64,000 nt of DNA from Candidatus Latescibacterota bacterium (GCA_036336855.1 JAYZFI010000014.1:44734-108733); one strand, 5' to 3'. Shown: positions 45,057-53,886, counted from the first letter of the stretch. Notes: a model not told the origin generated them from the sequence alone. A program made the numbers and translations.

Positions 45057-47545
45057 GTTCACACTGGCGCCTGGCTCTGCTCAGTGTCCTGCTCCTTGCC
45101 ACGGGTCTTCGCCTGGTCGGCTGGCAGCGAGGCGATACGGATTTTCTCAAGCCCGAGCAGGCGAGAAGCGGTCTGCAGCGCGCTTTCCACTCTTTCCATC
45201 CTGACGAGAACACTCTAATCAGAGCGGGGGCGCAGATGAGCTCCCCTCTCGATCCTCCACTCACCGCGTACGGCCTTCTGCCAATCTACCTCTCGCGCAT
45301 GGCGACCGATCTTGGCGGCTGGCTCACCGGCGTGTCCAGCTACACAGGCAGTCTTGAAAGCCATCGTCAGGATGTGTTTTCCGTCAGGCTGCTGTCGGTC
45401 GCTGTCTCCATCGCGGCGCTACTCGCGCTCTATACCATTGGCCGACGACACTTTGGTGCACCGTCGGGTGTTCTGGCAACTGCACTCGCCGCAGCGCCCC
45501 CCCTCTTCCTACAGACCGCCCACTTTTACACAGTCGATGGGGTTTTTGCGTTACTCTGCCTGGCAACGATCGGATCCGTCCTGCGAGTCGATGAGCGCTC
45601 TGGGCCCCTCTGCTACACACTAACAGGTGTTCTCGTGGGTCTGACAGCGGCTGTTCGGCTCAACGGCCTGTCTCTGGGAATCCTTCTCGTGGCGACGCAC
45701 CTATGCCGGCGCACCCCTAACTCGCGGGCATTCGGCCGCGCCTTGTTGCAGCCGTCGCTTTGGCTTGCCGGAGCTGCCACCGTTGTGACCTTGCTTGCGT
45801 TGATGCCGTATGTCGCCGTCAGCCCCGAGCTGTTGTGGCAAGAGAACAACACCAACGACTTCAGTTATTCCGTAGGCGTGGCGGATGGACGGATCTTGCG
45901 GCCATGGTCCCTGGCAGACACACACACACCGCCATATCTGCACTACCTGACCAATCTTCTTCCGCTCAGCGTTGGATGGCCGCTGGCTATTGCTTTCATC
46001 GTGGCTCTGCCATCAGCTGTGGCGACAGGAGGTCGGAGTCGCTGGTTGCTGCTGGCGGCAACGGCGTTACTGTTCGTGCCTGTCGGGGCGTTACACACAA
46101 AGCACGTCCGTTATCTGCTGCCGGTATTGGCTCCTCTCACACTCTTGACTGCCGATATGTTTGTACGTCTGCAGACGGGACAGGTAGCTATCCGGCGTCT
46201 GACAGCCAGAGTGTTGCTGATCGGCGTTCTCTCTGCAACCCTCGTGGAGGGAATCGCCTTCGCGCACATCTACACCGTTGAGGATGCCCGTCTACAAGCG
46301 GCCCGCTGGATTCAGGGGGAAGTGCCGTGGGGGACTCCCATCGGTGTCGAAACGGGCGGCTTTTCCATGAGGGGACAGGTGAGCGAGGAGGTCTACCCCG
46401 TACGGACACTGAACACGAGCTCGATCTTCTCCACACGCGGACATCTAACCTGTCAATCCGTGGCATCCTACATGGGAGCACGATTGCAGTCTGCACAGTA
46501 CGTTGCTCTCCTTGACGTCAATCGCTATCAGCAGTACGTGGGAGCGCCGGTGATCTATCCTGGACTGGCACGGTTTTATCGGGACTTTATCGCCGGAGAG
46601 CTGGGGTTTTCACTGGTGCGCACATACAAGCGCAATCCTCAGTTGCTTGGTCTCAAGATGAGCGACGATGGTGCCGAAGCTTCCTTCCTCGGCTACGATC
46701 ATCCCAGAGTGCGGATCATGGCTAAGGATCCAGGCTTCGAAGCTCGGTTTGTGGCCTGGGAGGGCGCCCTTCCCTCGCACGAACATTGTGGAGACGAAGT
46801 CGTCTTCGATCTCGTTCACCACATCAAGAGCGGATCCTATGAAGAAGGTTTGCGGCTGGCCCTGCAAAATTCAGCGCGTCACCCGCAGAGCCTCATCACA
46901 TTCATAACCGCCCATCTGTACGGTCTGCTCGGTGAGACGGAGCTGCAACAGCAATTCCTAGATCGATGGGCTGACACCTACACGGACAAATCCCTGAGCG
47001 CGTTCCTGCTACCCTGGGCGAATTCCAGTTCTCTTGTCTTGGCCGGTCTACCAGAACTCGGCGTACAGGCATTGAGATTCGGGTGGCGAAAAAGGGGCGC
47101 GTTCTCGGACGACAAGGCGAACATGGCTGCCTCGTACAGGCATGTTAGTGAGCTCTTGCTGAGTGTGGAAGAGGGTACCCTCGCTGAAGAGGCGACTCTG
47201 ATGGCGCTCGATATCAATCCTAGCGTCGAAGGTTATAACCGAGCTGCGGAAATGCTACTGTCTCGGGGAGAATACGGGCACGCGGTGGCTCTCTGGGAAA
47301 GATCTCTTCAGGATCAGGAGCAGATCGGAGTCCGGTGGCAGCTGGGCAGAACTGCGGAGGAGCGGGGCGACTGGGAGCGCGCTGTTCGTCACTTGCTCCA
47401 TGCCGTATTCCTAGACGATCAGATATCGTCAGACCGTCGAACTCTTGAGCTCGATAGGCTCACGCGTATCGCTGAGCACAATGGCCTAGCCGATCTGGCG
47501 CGAAAAGTCCGAGCGCAGCACGAGTCCAGGCAGGCACCCCTGTAA
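45053..47545 (+). CDS. ArnT/PMT-like GT-C membrane glycosyltransferase with C-terminal TPR domain (paralog 3)
   Basis: 830 aa, TTG start overlapping the preceding stop. Collinear with paralog 2 (GWQRGDTDF, FHSFHPDE, YTVDG, IYTVEDARLQAARW). TPR tail. Confidence 0.7.
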   Translation: MSSHWRLALLSVLLLATGLRLVGWQRGDTDFLKPEQARSGLQRAFHSFHPDENTLIRAGAQMSSPLDPPLTAYGLLPIYLSRMATDLGGWLTGVSSYTGSLESHRQDVFSVRLLSVAVSIAALLALYTIGRRHFGAPSGVLATALAAAPPLFLQTAHFYTVDGVFALLCLATIGSVLRVDERSGPLCYTLTGVLVGLTAAVRLNGLSLGILLVATHLCRRTPNSRAFGRALLQPSLWLAGAATVVTLLALMPYVAVSPELLWQENNTNDFSYSVGVADGRILRPWSLADTHTPPYLHYLTNLLPLSVGWPLAIAFIVALPSAVATGGRSRWLLLAATALLFVPVGALHTKHVRYLLPVLAPLTLLTADMFVRLQTGQVAIRRLTARVLLIGVLSATLVEGIAFAHIYTVEDARLQAARWIQGEVPWGTPIGVETGGFSMRGQVSEEVYPVRTLNTSSIFSTRGHLTCQSVASYMGARLQSAQYVALLDVNRYQQYVGAPVIYPGLARFYRDFIAGELGFSLVRTYKRNPQLLGLKMSDDGAEASFLGYDHPRVRIMAKDPGFEARFVAWEGALPSHEHCGDEVVFDLVHHIKSGSYEEGLRLALQNSARHPQSLITFITAHLYGLLGETELQQQFLDRWADTYTDKSLSAFLLPWANSSSLVLAGLPELGVQALRFGWRKRGAFSDDKANMAASYRHVSELLLSVEEGTLAEEATLMALDINPSVEGYNRAAEMLLSRGEYGHAVALWERSLQDQEQIGVRWQLGRTAEERGDWERAVRHLLHAVFLDDQISSDRRTLELDRLTRIAEHNGLADLARKVRAQHESRQAPL

Positions 47546-47607
47546 CGGTTCTTGACGCTCAACAAACACCCAGTATTTCGTACAGGCACTGTACAACGGA
47601 GACCCCG

Positions 47608-49254
47608 ATGAATGGAGCCGACACCTTCACTGCCGCCCTGCGTGCCCACGATGTCGAGTGGGTCAGCACGTTGTGCGGCCATGGGCTCAACGAAGTGTAC
47701 GCCGCTTGCGAGCGCACCGGATTGCGCATAGTCGATACGCGCAATGAACAGACGGCCTCGTATATGGCAGAGTGCTGGGGCCGGCTCAGCGGCAAAGTCG
47801 GCGTCTGCGCAGTGAGCAGTGGCGTCGCTCATGCCAACGCACTGAGTGGCATCGCCAACGCCTACTTCGATGGCGCTCCCATGTTGCTGGTGACCGGCAG
47901 TGGTCCGCTCTCCACGGCGGGCAAGGGTCACTTCCAAGATTTCGACCAAGTGGCACTGGTGCAGTCGGTCTGCAAGTACGCCCGCACCATCGACGTGGCC
48001 GAGCGTATTCCGGAGATCGTACACGAGGCCATGGCGACGGCGGTGAGTGGTCGCCCCGGGCCCGTGCACTTAACCTTCCCCACGGATATGCAGGAACAGA
48101 TGGTGGCGGACTCCACGCCTCCCTCACCGCAGCCCGATAAGGCTCGGCCGATCCTGCCGTCGGATGATGCCGTTCGGCAGGCGGCGCGCTTGTTGGCGCG
48201 CAGTGAACGTCCCCTAATGATCACCGGGAGCGGCGTGTTCTACGCCTCGGCGGGAAAGGCCGTCGCGGACTTTGCGGCTGCGTACGCCGTGCCGTTTGCC
48301 ATTCCCATCTGGGATCGGGGTTGTGTGGCTCAGCCCCTGCCGGAATACCTCGGCGTCGTGGGCGCCGCAAGTGGCGGACCGCGTCTGCTGGAGGACGCAG
48401 ATTTAATCTTGCTGCTGGGAGCCGCTGCGGACTACCGAGTAAGCTACATGCAGGCGCCAGCCATCGACGTGCAGACCCAAGTCATTCGTGTCGATGTCGA
48501 TCCCGATCGCCTACACCATATGGGTCGGGCCACTCTCTCCGTGCTGGCTGATCCCGCCATGTTCCTGCAGCGTCTCATCGACGTGTGCGCGAAGGAACAG
48601 ATCGAAGGTTTCGAAGACTGGCTGCACGAAACGCAAAGGCGCAAGGAGGAGTTCAGTGCGGCGATCCGAACCAGCGGCCATGGCGGGTTGGATGCGCTCC
48701 AGCTGTGCGCGGCTTTGGACGAAGCACTGCCCGAGGACGCCGTCGTCGTAATCGACGGCGGTAACATTGGCCAGTGGGTGCATCAGACGTTGGGCCGGGC
48801 CCGATATCCGGAATCCTGGCTCACCTGTGGCGCCAGTGGCGTCGTCGGCTACGGGATCGCAGGGGCCATGGCTGCACGGGCTGGCTTCCCCCAGCGTCCT
48901 GTGGTTGTCATCTCCGGGGACGGCTCGGCGACTTTCAACCTCACCGACCTCGAACGCGCTGTTCGGCAGCAGCTGCCCTTCGTGATGATTGTGGCCGACG
49001 ACGAGGCCTGGGGGATCACAGTCTCCGGCCATCGCCAACACTACGGCAAGGCGATGAGCAGCGAACTCGGCCCCGTGGACTTCGCCGCCGCCGCTGAGGC
49101 TTTCGGTGCCATCGGCGCCCGCGTGGAGAGCTGCGAGGAGCTGATCCCGGCTGTTCGCCGTGGAGTCGCTGAGAGTCGTCCCGTTGTCATCCATGTGCGA
49201 ATTCCCGGCGGCATGCCGGGTGAGCAGGGCGCACACTCGGAGGCGTTGACATGA
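47608..49254 (+). CDS. thiamine-diphosphate-dependent enzyme (acetolactate-synthase / 2-ketoacid decarboxylase-like)
   Basis: 548 aa. N-terminal Pyr domain (VSTLCGHGLNEVY..., TRNEQTASYMA), central domain, C-terminal PP domain with the ThDP motif GDGS...N (ISGDGSATFNLTDLERAV). Confidence 0.85.
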   Translation: MNGADTFTAALRAHDVEWVSTLCGHGLNEVYAACERTGLRIVDTRNEQTASYMAECWGRLSGKVGVCAVSSGVAHANALSGIANAYFDGAPMLLVTGSGPLSTAGKGHFQDFDQVALVQSVCKYARTIDVAERIPEIVHEAMATAVSGRPGPVHLTFPTDMQEQMVADSTPPSPQPDKARPILPSDDAVRQAARLLARSERPLMITGSGVFYASAGKAVADFAAAYAVPFAIPIWDRGCVAQPLPEYLGVVGAASGGPRLLEDADLILLLGAAADYRVSYMQAPAIDVQTQVIRVDVDPDRLHHMGRATLSVLADPAMFLQRLIDVCAKEQIEGFEDWLHETQRRKEEFSAAIRTSGHGGLDALQLCAALDEALPEDAVVVIDGGNIGQWVHQTLGRARYPESWLTCGASGVVGYGIAGAMAARAGFPQRPVVVISGDGSATFNLTDLERAVRQQLPFVMIVADDEAWGITVSGHRQHYGKAMSSELGPVDFAAAAEAFGAIGARVESCEELIPAVRRGVAESRPVVIHVRIPGGMPGEQGAHSEALT

Positions 49255-50231
49255 ATCTCCCTTCTGAGGACTTCGAGTCTGTCCCCCATACTCGGCTGCA
49301 CGACTTCGTCGTGTCCGCCACTACTGAGGTGGGATTGCCGGAGGTACGTGCCCGGCTACTGGCGGACATGCTCATCGGCAACGATCTGCGCGGCGTGTTC
49401 AGCCACGGCACTGTGCAGGTGGCGACCTACGCCATCTTGATGCGGGATGGGACCTTGAATCCCCAGCCCGCTATCAGCGTGGTGCAGGAGACGGACGTGA
49501 GCGTGCTCATCGATGGCGATGGAGGCTTGGGTTACTTCCCCGCCCACGAGGGCACGCAACGCGCCATCCTAAAGGCTAAGGAGCGCGGCATGGCGGTCAT
49601 GATGACCCGTAATCACGGTCACTTCGGTGCCGCCGGACTGTACTCCAGGATGACCCCGGAACACAACTTGATTACCTATGTAACCTCCGGGGTGCAGTTG
49701 CACCTGAAGCCAGGAGACAAGATTTACTCTGCCGCCGGCGGGTCCCCCATGTCCTTTAGCACTCCCGCCGGCGAGGAAGCGCCACTGGTGCTCGACTTCG
49801 GGACTATGCATGACCTCTACGCCAGCAGTCCCCATCGGGACGAGATCGCACGCCTCGCTCCCGGTTTGGTGCTGCGCTGCATTGGCATGGGTGAAATCTG
49901 CCAGGCTTGGGGAGGCCTGTTGTCCGGCCTGACTTTGCACGCCGATCCCCCGCGGTGGGAGTGGCCGGGGGCGAACCAGGGCTCGATGGTCATAACCTTC
50001 CGCATCGACCTGTTCCACGACCCGACGCAGTTCCGGCAGCAGATGGACGAATACGTGCGCGCCGTAAGTGAGCTGGACCCCCTTGAGGGTTTTGAGCAAT
50101 CCTATGTGGCCGGCGGCGTCGAAGCCGATCGCGAGGTGCGATTCCGGGAGGAGGGCGTTCCCGTGGGCGTTGAGCACCGAAAGGCGCTGGAGGGATTGGC
50201 GAGCCAGCTCGGTATCGACGCACCTTTTTGA
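49251..50231 (+). CDS. Ldh_2-family (malate/L-sulfolactate/ureidoglycolate dehydrogenase-type) 2-hydroxyacid dehydrogenase
   Basis: 326 aa. ATGA overlap with the ThDP enzyme. Ldh_2 signatures (GNDLRGVFSHGTVQV, NHGHFGAAG). Confidence 0.8.
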   Translation: MNLPSEDFESVPHTRLHDFVVSATTEVGLPEVRARLLADMLIGNDLRGVFSHGTVQVATYAILMRDGTLNPQPAISVVQETDVSVLIDGDGGLGYFPAHEGTQRAILKAKERGMAVMMTRNHGHFGAAGLYSRMTPEHNLITYVTSGVQLHLKPGDKIYSAAGGSPMSFSTPAGEEAPLVLDFGTMHDLYASSPHRDEIARLAPGLVLRCIGMGEICQAWGGLLSGLTLHADPPRWEWPGANQGSMVITFRIDLFHDPTQFRQQMDEYVRAVSELDPLEGFEQSYVAGGVEADREVRFREEGVPVGVEHRKALEGLASQLGIDAPF

Positions 50232-50260
50232 TTCGATATCCGTCATTCAGAGGCGATCCA

Positions 50261-50422
50261 ATGTTGGTAGGTATCTCTCCGCTGTTGAGCCCGGATCTGC
50301 TGTCCATTCTCTGTCGAATGGGTCACGGTGATGCGACCGTGCTCGCCGGCGCCCATTTCCCCGGAGAGACAGCGAAGCACGGTAATATTAATCTGAAGAA
50401 GGGAGTGTCCCAGGTATCATGA
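50261..50422 (+). pseudogene. internally deleted remnant of L-fucose mutarotase (FucU/RbsD family)
   Basis: 53-aa ORF. N-terminal 35 aa (MLVGISPLLSPDLLSILCRMGHGDATVLAGAHFP) match FucU (E. coli [34 protein letters not shown]). C-terminal GETAKHGNINLKKGV matches the FucU C-terminus GERAKYGNILLKKGV. The roughly 85 central residues are missing in frame. Stop overlaps the start of the next gene (ATGA). Confidence 0.5.
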
Positions 50423-51441
50423 GCCAGATCTATGAGCCCGTGGCTGTACCGCGAGCGGACCGTTACCGAGTCTCGGTGGCGGACTATAAGAGCTATCAAG
50501 AGAACGGTTTCATAGTGGTAAAGGGCTTGGTGCCGGAGGCGGAGCACGCCGAGTTGCGGCAGCACGCCATTGACATCTTCGACGGCAAGACGCCGGTAGA
50601 AGGGGTGGAGTCGCCTGATCCGCAGGCGACGCCCCAGGAGCGGCAGGTGCGCATGACCCGAGTGCATATGCTGCACCGCGTTGACGCCCTGAGCGAGCGA
50701 TTCCTACTACACCCCCGGGTGCTCGACGTACTGGAAATCCTCATCGGTCCCGACGTGCTGGCGTTGCAGACCATGATGTTCTTCAACGCGCCCGGATCGG
50801 GAGGTCAGGGCTGGCACCAGGACGCTTACTACATCACCACTTACCCGGAAACCCTCATCGGCGCTTGGTTGGCCCTAGAACGGGCCGACGAGGGCAACGG
50901 CTGTTTGTGGGTGGCGCCGGGTTCGCACAAGGAGCCGATCCATCCCGATGCGGGCCGGGGTGCTCTGGTGCACACCAAAGGGGGATTCTCCGACGCCGAT
51001 CTCGTCACCGGGATTAGCGATCTTGACGATGAAGTGAACACTCTGTCTCGAGTCGCCCGCCAGCATGAGCCCAACATGCCGGTGGAGGTGCACGCCGGAG
51101 ATGTCATCTTCTTCCACTCTCACCTGTTGCACCGCTCGCATCCCAACCCATCTGACGCGCGATGGCGCCGAGCTTTCGTCTCCCACTACTGCAACGCCCG
51201 TTCGTGGGTGCCGTGGAACCACGGTGCCTCCTTCGAGGGGGACGCCGCCAACTACCTGCACATATTGGCGCGAGGCGCGACACAACTGCCTTTTGCCAAG
51301 CCGCGATTCGACACCCCCTGCGCCGCGCTCGAGGATTGGGAACCGACCGGACCCCAGCAGGTAGTTGCCAGCGGCGGCGACATGGAGATGCTGCCGGCGG
51401 GGACATCGGTATCGTTGGGTGAGGAGGGCCGGGTCGAGTGA
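50419..51441 (+). CDS. phytanoyl-CoA dioxygenase (PhyH) family Fe(II)/2OG oxygenase
   Basis: 340 aa. Strong SD AAGGGAG upstream. PhyH pattern (YQENGFIVVKGLV, WHQDAYY, HSHLLHRSHPN). Confidence 0.8.
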   Translation: MSQIYEPVAVPRADRYRVSVADYKSYQENGFIVVKGLVPEAEHAELRQHAIDIFDGKTPVEGVESPDPQATPQERQVRMTRVHMLHRVDALSERFLLHPRVLDVLEILIGPDVLALQTMMFFNAPGSGGQGWHQDAYYITTYPETLIGAWLALERADEGNGCLWVAPGSHKEPIHPDAGRGALVHTKGGFSDADLVTGISDLDDEVNTLSRVARQHEPNMPVEVHAGDVIFFHSHLLHRSHPNPSDARWRRAFVSHYCNARSWVPWNHGASFEGDAANYLHILARGATQLPFAKPRFDTPCAALEDWEPTGPQQVVASGGDMEMLPAGTSVSLGEEGRVE

Positions 51442-51906
51442 GGCAAGAGGCATCGAAGGCCTACGAAGAAGGATGGAGGGTTGAGACAGCACTAGAGAAT
51501 CGTTTTCTCGGCGTGTCCGATGCCAAGTCGGGAGCCGGGGAGAGATCAGCTTGCTGTGATGAACGGGAGCATCCTCGTCGACACCGAGAAGAACGAACGC
51601 GGTGGTAAGTCTGCAGGCCTGCGAGGTGAGCCCCACTGACGTCGATCTCGAGCCGCTGACCTACTGCCACCCGGACCGCACCCTCGGGCTGTCCGGGGCC
51701 GCTGTTCGGTAATCGCTAGCGCCGTTGTGACCGGCATGTCTCGGCGCGGTGGCGTCCCTGAGCACCCTCACCCTGATGCACTACGAGGCGAGTCGGTTGG
51801 CGGCGATCAAGGGGTGCTTCCTCAGCGCAGGGCTGGCCAATAAGGGAGTGCTGGGTCCGGAACAAAATGGTTGAGTGTAAAGGGAGCCGCCCAAGCGAGC
51901 GCGACT

Positions 51907-52803
51907 TCAGTAGAGCGTGCGGTAGAGCCTCTGAGGGTAGTCGCCTACCGCAGGATGCTGCCGTCCGAGGAGGTGGAAAACTGACACCATAGCATCCTTG
52001 GCTGCGCCGTTCCGGAAGTTGCGGTCCTTCTCGACGACTCCGAACCAGGCGACTAGTGCGGTGTCGTAGTCACCCTCCATGGCGGCGCAGCAACCGAGCA
52101 GGTACTGGGCCTCGGGATCATTCGGATTAACCTGGGCACGCTCGGCGCAGGCGGCGCGGCCCCCGGCGTCGTGGCACTGACGCACGAACTCGGTATGGGT
52201 CAGCAAGGCCTTGCCCTGCTCCCACTCCGTTGTCCCCTCCTCGATCTTTCCCACCCATTCCCTGACTTCCTCTTCGTCGCCACCTTGAAGTAGGCAGATG
52301 CGCGCGAGGCCAAGCAGGGCACCGCCATTTTCTTCGTCTTCCTCGAGGGCCTGATGAAAGAGCTGCCCGGCGCCGGCAAGGTCGCCGGAATCCATCCGTT
52401 GCCGGGCGGAATCGACGAGATTTGCCATCTCCTCAGCAGCGTTGGGCGGAGCCTCTGGCACGTGGCGGCGCAACATTTCCTCCACCTGCTCGCGGGGTAG
52501 GGCGCCGGTGAACTCGTCCACGAGTTGACCGTCCTTGATGATCTTGATCGCCGGGATGCTCTGCACCCGCAACGCCCTGGCGAGATCTTGGTTGGAGTCG
52601 ACATCGACCTTGGCCAGCAGCACGCCGGGTCCCAGTTCGGAGACAATCTCTTCGAGGACGGGACCCAAGGTCTTGCAGGGTTCGCACCATTCGGCCCAGA
52701 AGTCGACGACGACGACCTTGCCCTGCGACCCCTGAAGCACGACCTGCTCGAAATTGGAGGAGTCGACGTCGATGACGTTGCCCGGCGTGGTGTTCAGTTC
52801 CAT
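51907..52803 (-). CDS. thioredoxin-domain plus TPR co-chaperone (YbbN/CnoX-like)
   Basis: 298 aa. Thioredoxin fold with WCEPCK active site. C-terminal TPR-like helical region. Confidence 0.8.
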   Translation of the reverse strand: MELNTTPGNVIDVDSSNFEQVVLQGSQGKVVVVDFWAEWCEPCKTLGPVLEEIVSELGPGVLLAKVDVDSNQDLARALRVQSIPAIKIIKDGQLVDEFTGALPREQVEEMLRRHVPEAPPNAAEEMANLVDSARQRMDSGDLAGAGQLFHQALEEDEENGGALLGLARICLLQGGDEEEVREWVGKIEEGTTEWEQGKALLTHTEFVRQCHDAGGRAACAERAQVNPNDPEAQYLLGCCAAMEGDYDTALVAWFGVVEKDRNFRNGAAKDAMVSVFHLLGRQHPAVGDYPQRLYRTLY

Positions 52804-52830
52804 GCTCAGATCTTCTCCTGCTCACTCCTG

Positions 52831-53886
52831 TTACTGGGTCCTGCCTCTTCCGGCAATGGGCCAGTCGCCGATTACTTCTCCGGTACTGTCAAGGATGAAG
52901 AGGCGGTCGTAAAGATTCGTCGTCATCCCTCCGTGCAGGGGGATGAAGGAGAGGATCTCTCCCACCAAGAATCTATGTCCGGACTCGGTGGTGTCCACGT
53001 GTCCGTGCTCCACCGACATGCTCTTGATGAAAATTTCGGGGTGCTCGAGACAGTAACCGTAAGGCGTCGGAGGGTAGCTGGCGAATGCCTTCTGGCCGGC
53101 GTCCACGATGACCTGGTCCGGCACCGAAGTAGAGACCACAGTCACCACCAGACGCAGGGGACAGCGGTCCGGGTGCAGGTCGTCGCGCTTGCCGACCCGG
53201 GTCATGCCCTCCCAGGCGTAGGAGCCGATGCGTGTCTCGGTGCAGCCCAGAGACTTGGAGATTTGCTCCGAGCCGGTGCCGCCGCCGCTGATCATCTCCA
53301 ACTCAAGGCCGGCGCCCTCCATAAGGTTGCGCACCTCGTCAAGGAAGGGGCGCACCCGCTCGTTGCTGGGGTAGGTCATGACGCCGGCGAAGTGGGTGCC
53401 AGGGATGCGGTCGATGAGCTGTGCAAGCTCAAGAGCGGCGGCGGGCGACTGTACGCCGCAGCGATGGCTCCCGATGTCCATCTCGACGATGAGGGGCACT
53501 GTACAACCCGCAGCCTCGGCGGCGACGGAGATGCCCTTGACAGTGGTGGCGGAATCGGCAGCGACGGTGAGGGTGAGGGTCGGAAAACGGCTCAGTAAAT
53601 CGGTGAGGCGACGCAACTTGGGGGCACCGACGAGGTTGTACGGGATGAGGATGTTCTCTACACCTGCTTCGGCCATGGCCTCGGCCTCGCCGAGCTTCTG
53701 CGAGACGATGCCGATAGCGCCGGCCTCGATCTGTCGATGGGCGATGGCGGGAGTTTTGTGGGTCTTGGTGTGAACTCGCAGGTCGATGCCGAGTTCGTCA
53801 CAGGCGCTCTGCAAATTGCAGATGTTGCGGTCGAGGGTGGTCAGGTCAACACACAGGGCGGGCGTGTCGAGTTCAGTGAAGTGCAT
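52831..53886 (-). CDS. alanine-racemase-domain PLP enzyme (D-serine dehydratase-like / D-threonine aldolase family)
   Basis: 351 aa. N-terminal TIM-barrel PLP region with the Lys motif VHTKTHKTP. C-terminal beta-domain. Confidence 0.8.
   Translation of the reverse strand: MHFTELDTPALCVDLTTLDRNICNLQSACDELGIDLRVHTKTHKTPAIAHRQIEAGAIGIVSQKLGEAEAMAEAGVENILIPYNLVGAPKLRRLTDLLSRFPTLTLTVAADSATTVKGISVAAEAAGCTVPLIVEMDIGSHRCGVQSPAAALELAQLIDRIPGTHFAGVMTYPSNERVRPFLDEVRNLMEGAGLELEMISGGGTGSEQISKSLGCTETRIGSYAWEGMTRVGKRDDLHPDRCPLRLVVTVVSTSVPDQVIVDAGQKAFASYPPTPYGYCLEHPEIFIKSMSVEHGHVDTTESGHRFLVGEILSFIPLHGGMTTNLYDRLFILDSTGEVIGDWPIAGRGRTQ

Noticed and set aside
52525-53598. 357-aa plus-strand ORF antisense to the alanine-racemase-domain gene
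   Set aside because: Low-complexity Ala/Gly/Asp-rich translation. Fully overlapped by a minus-strand gene with clear PLP-enzyme motifs.
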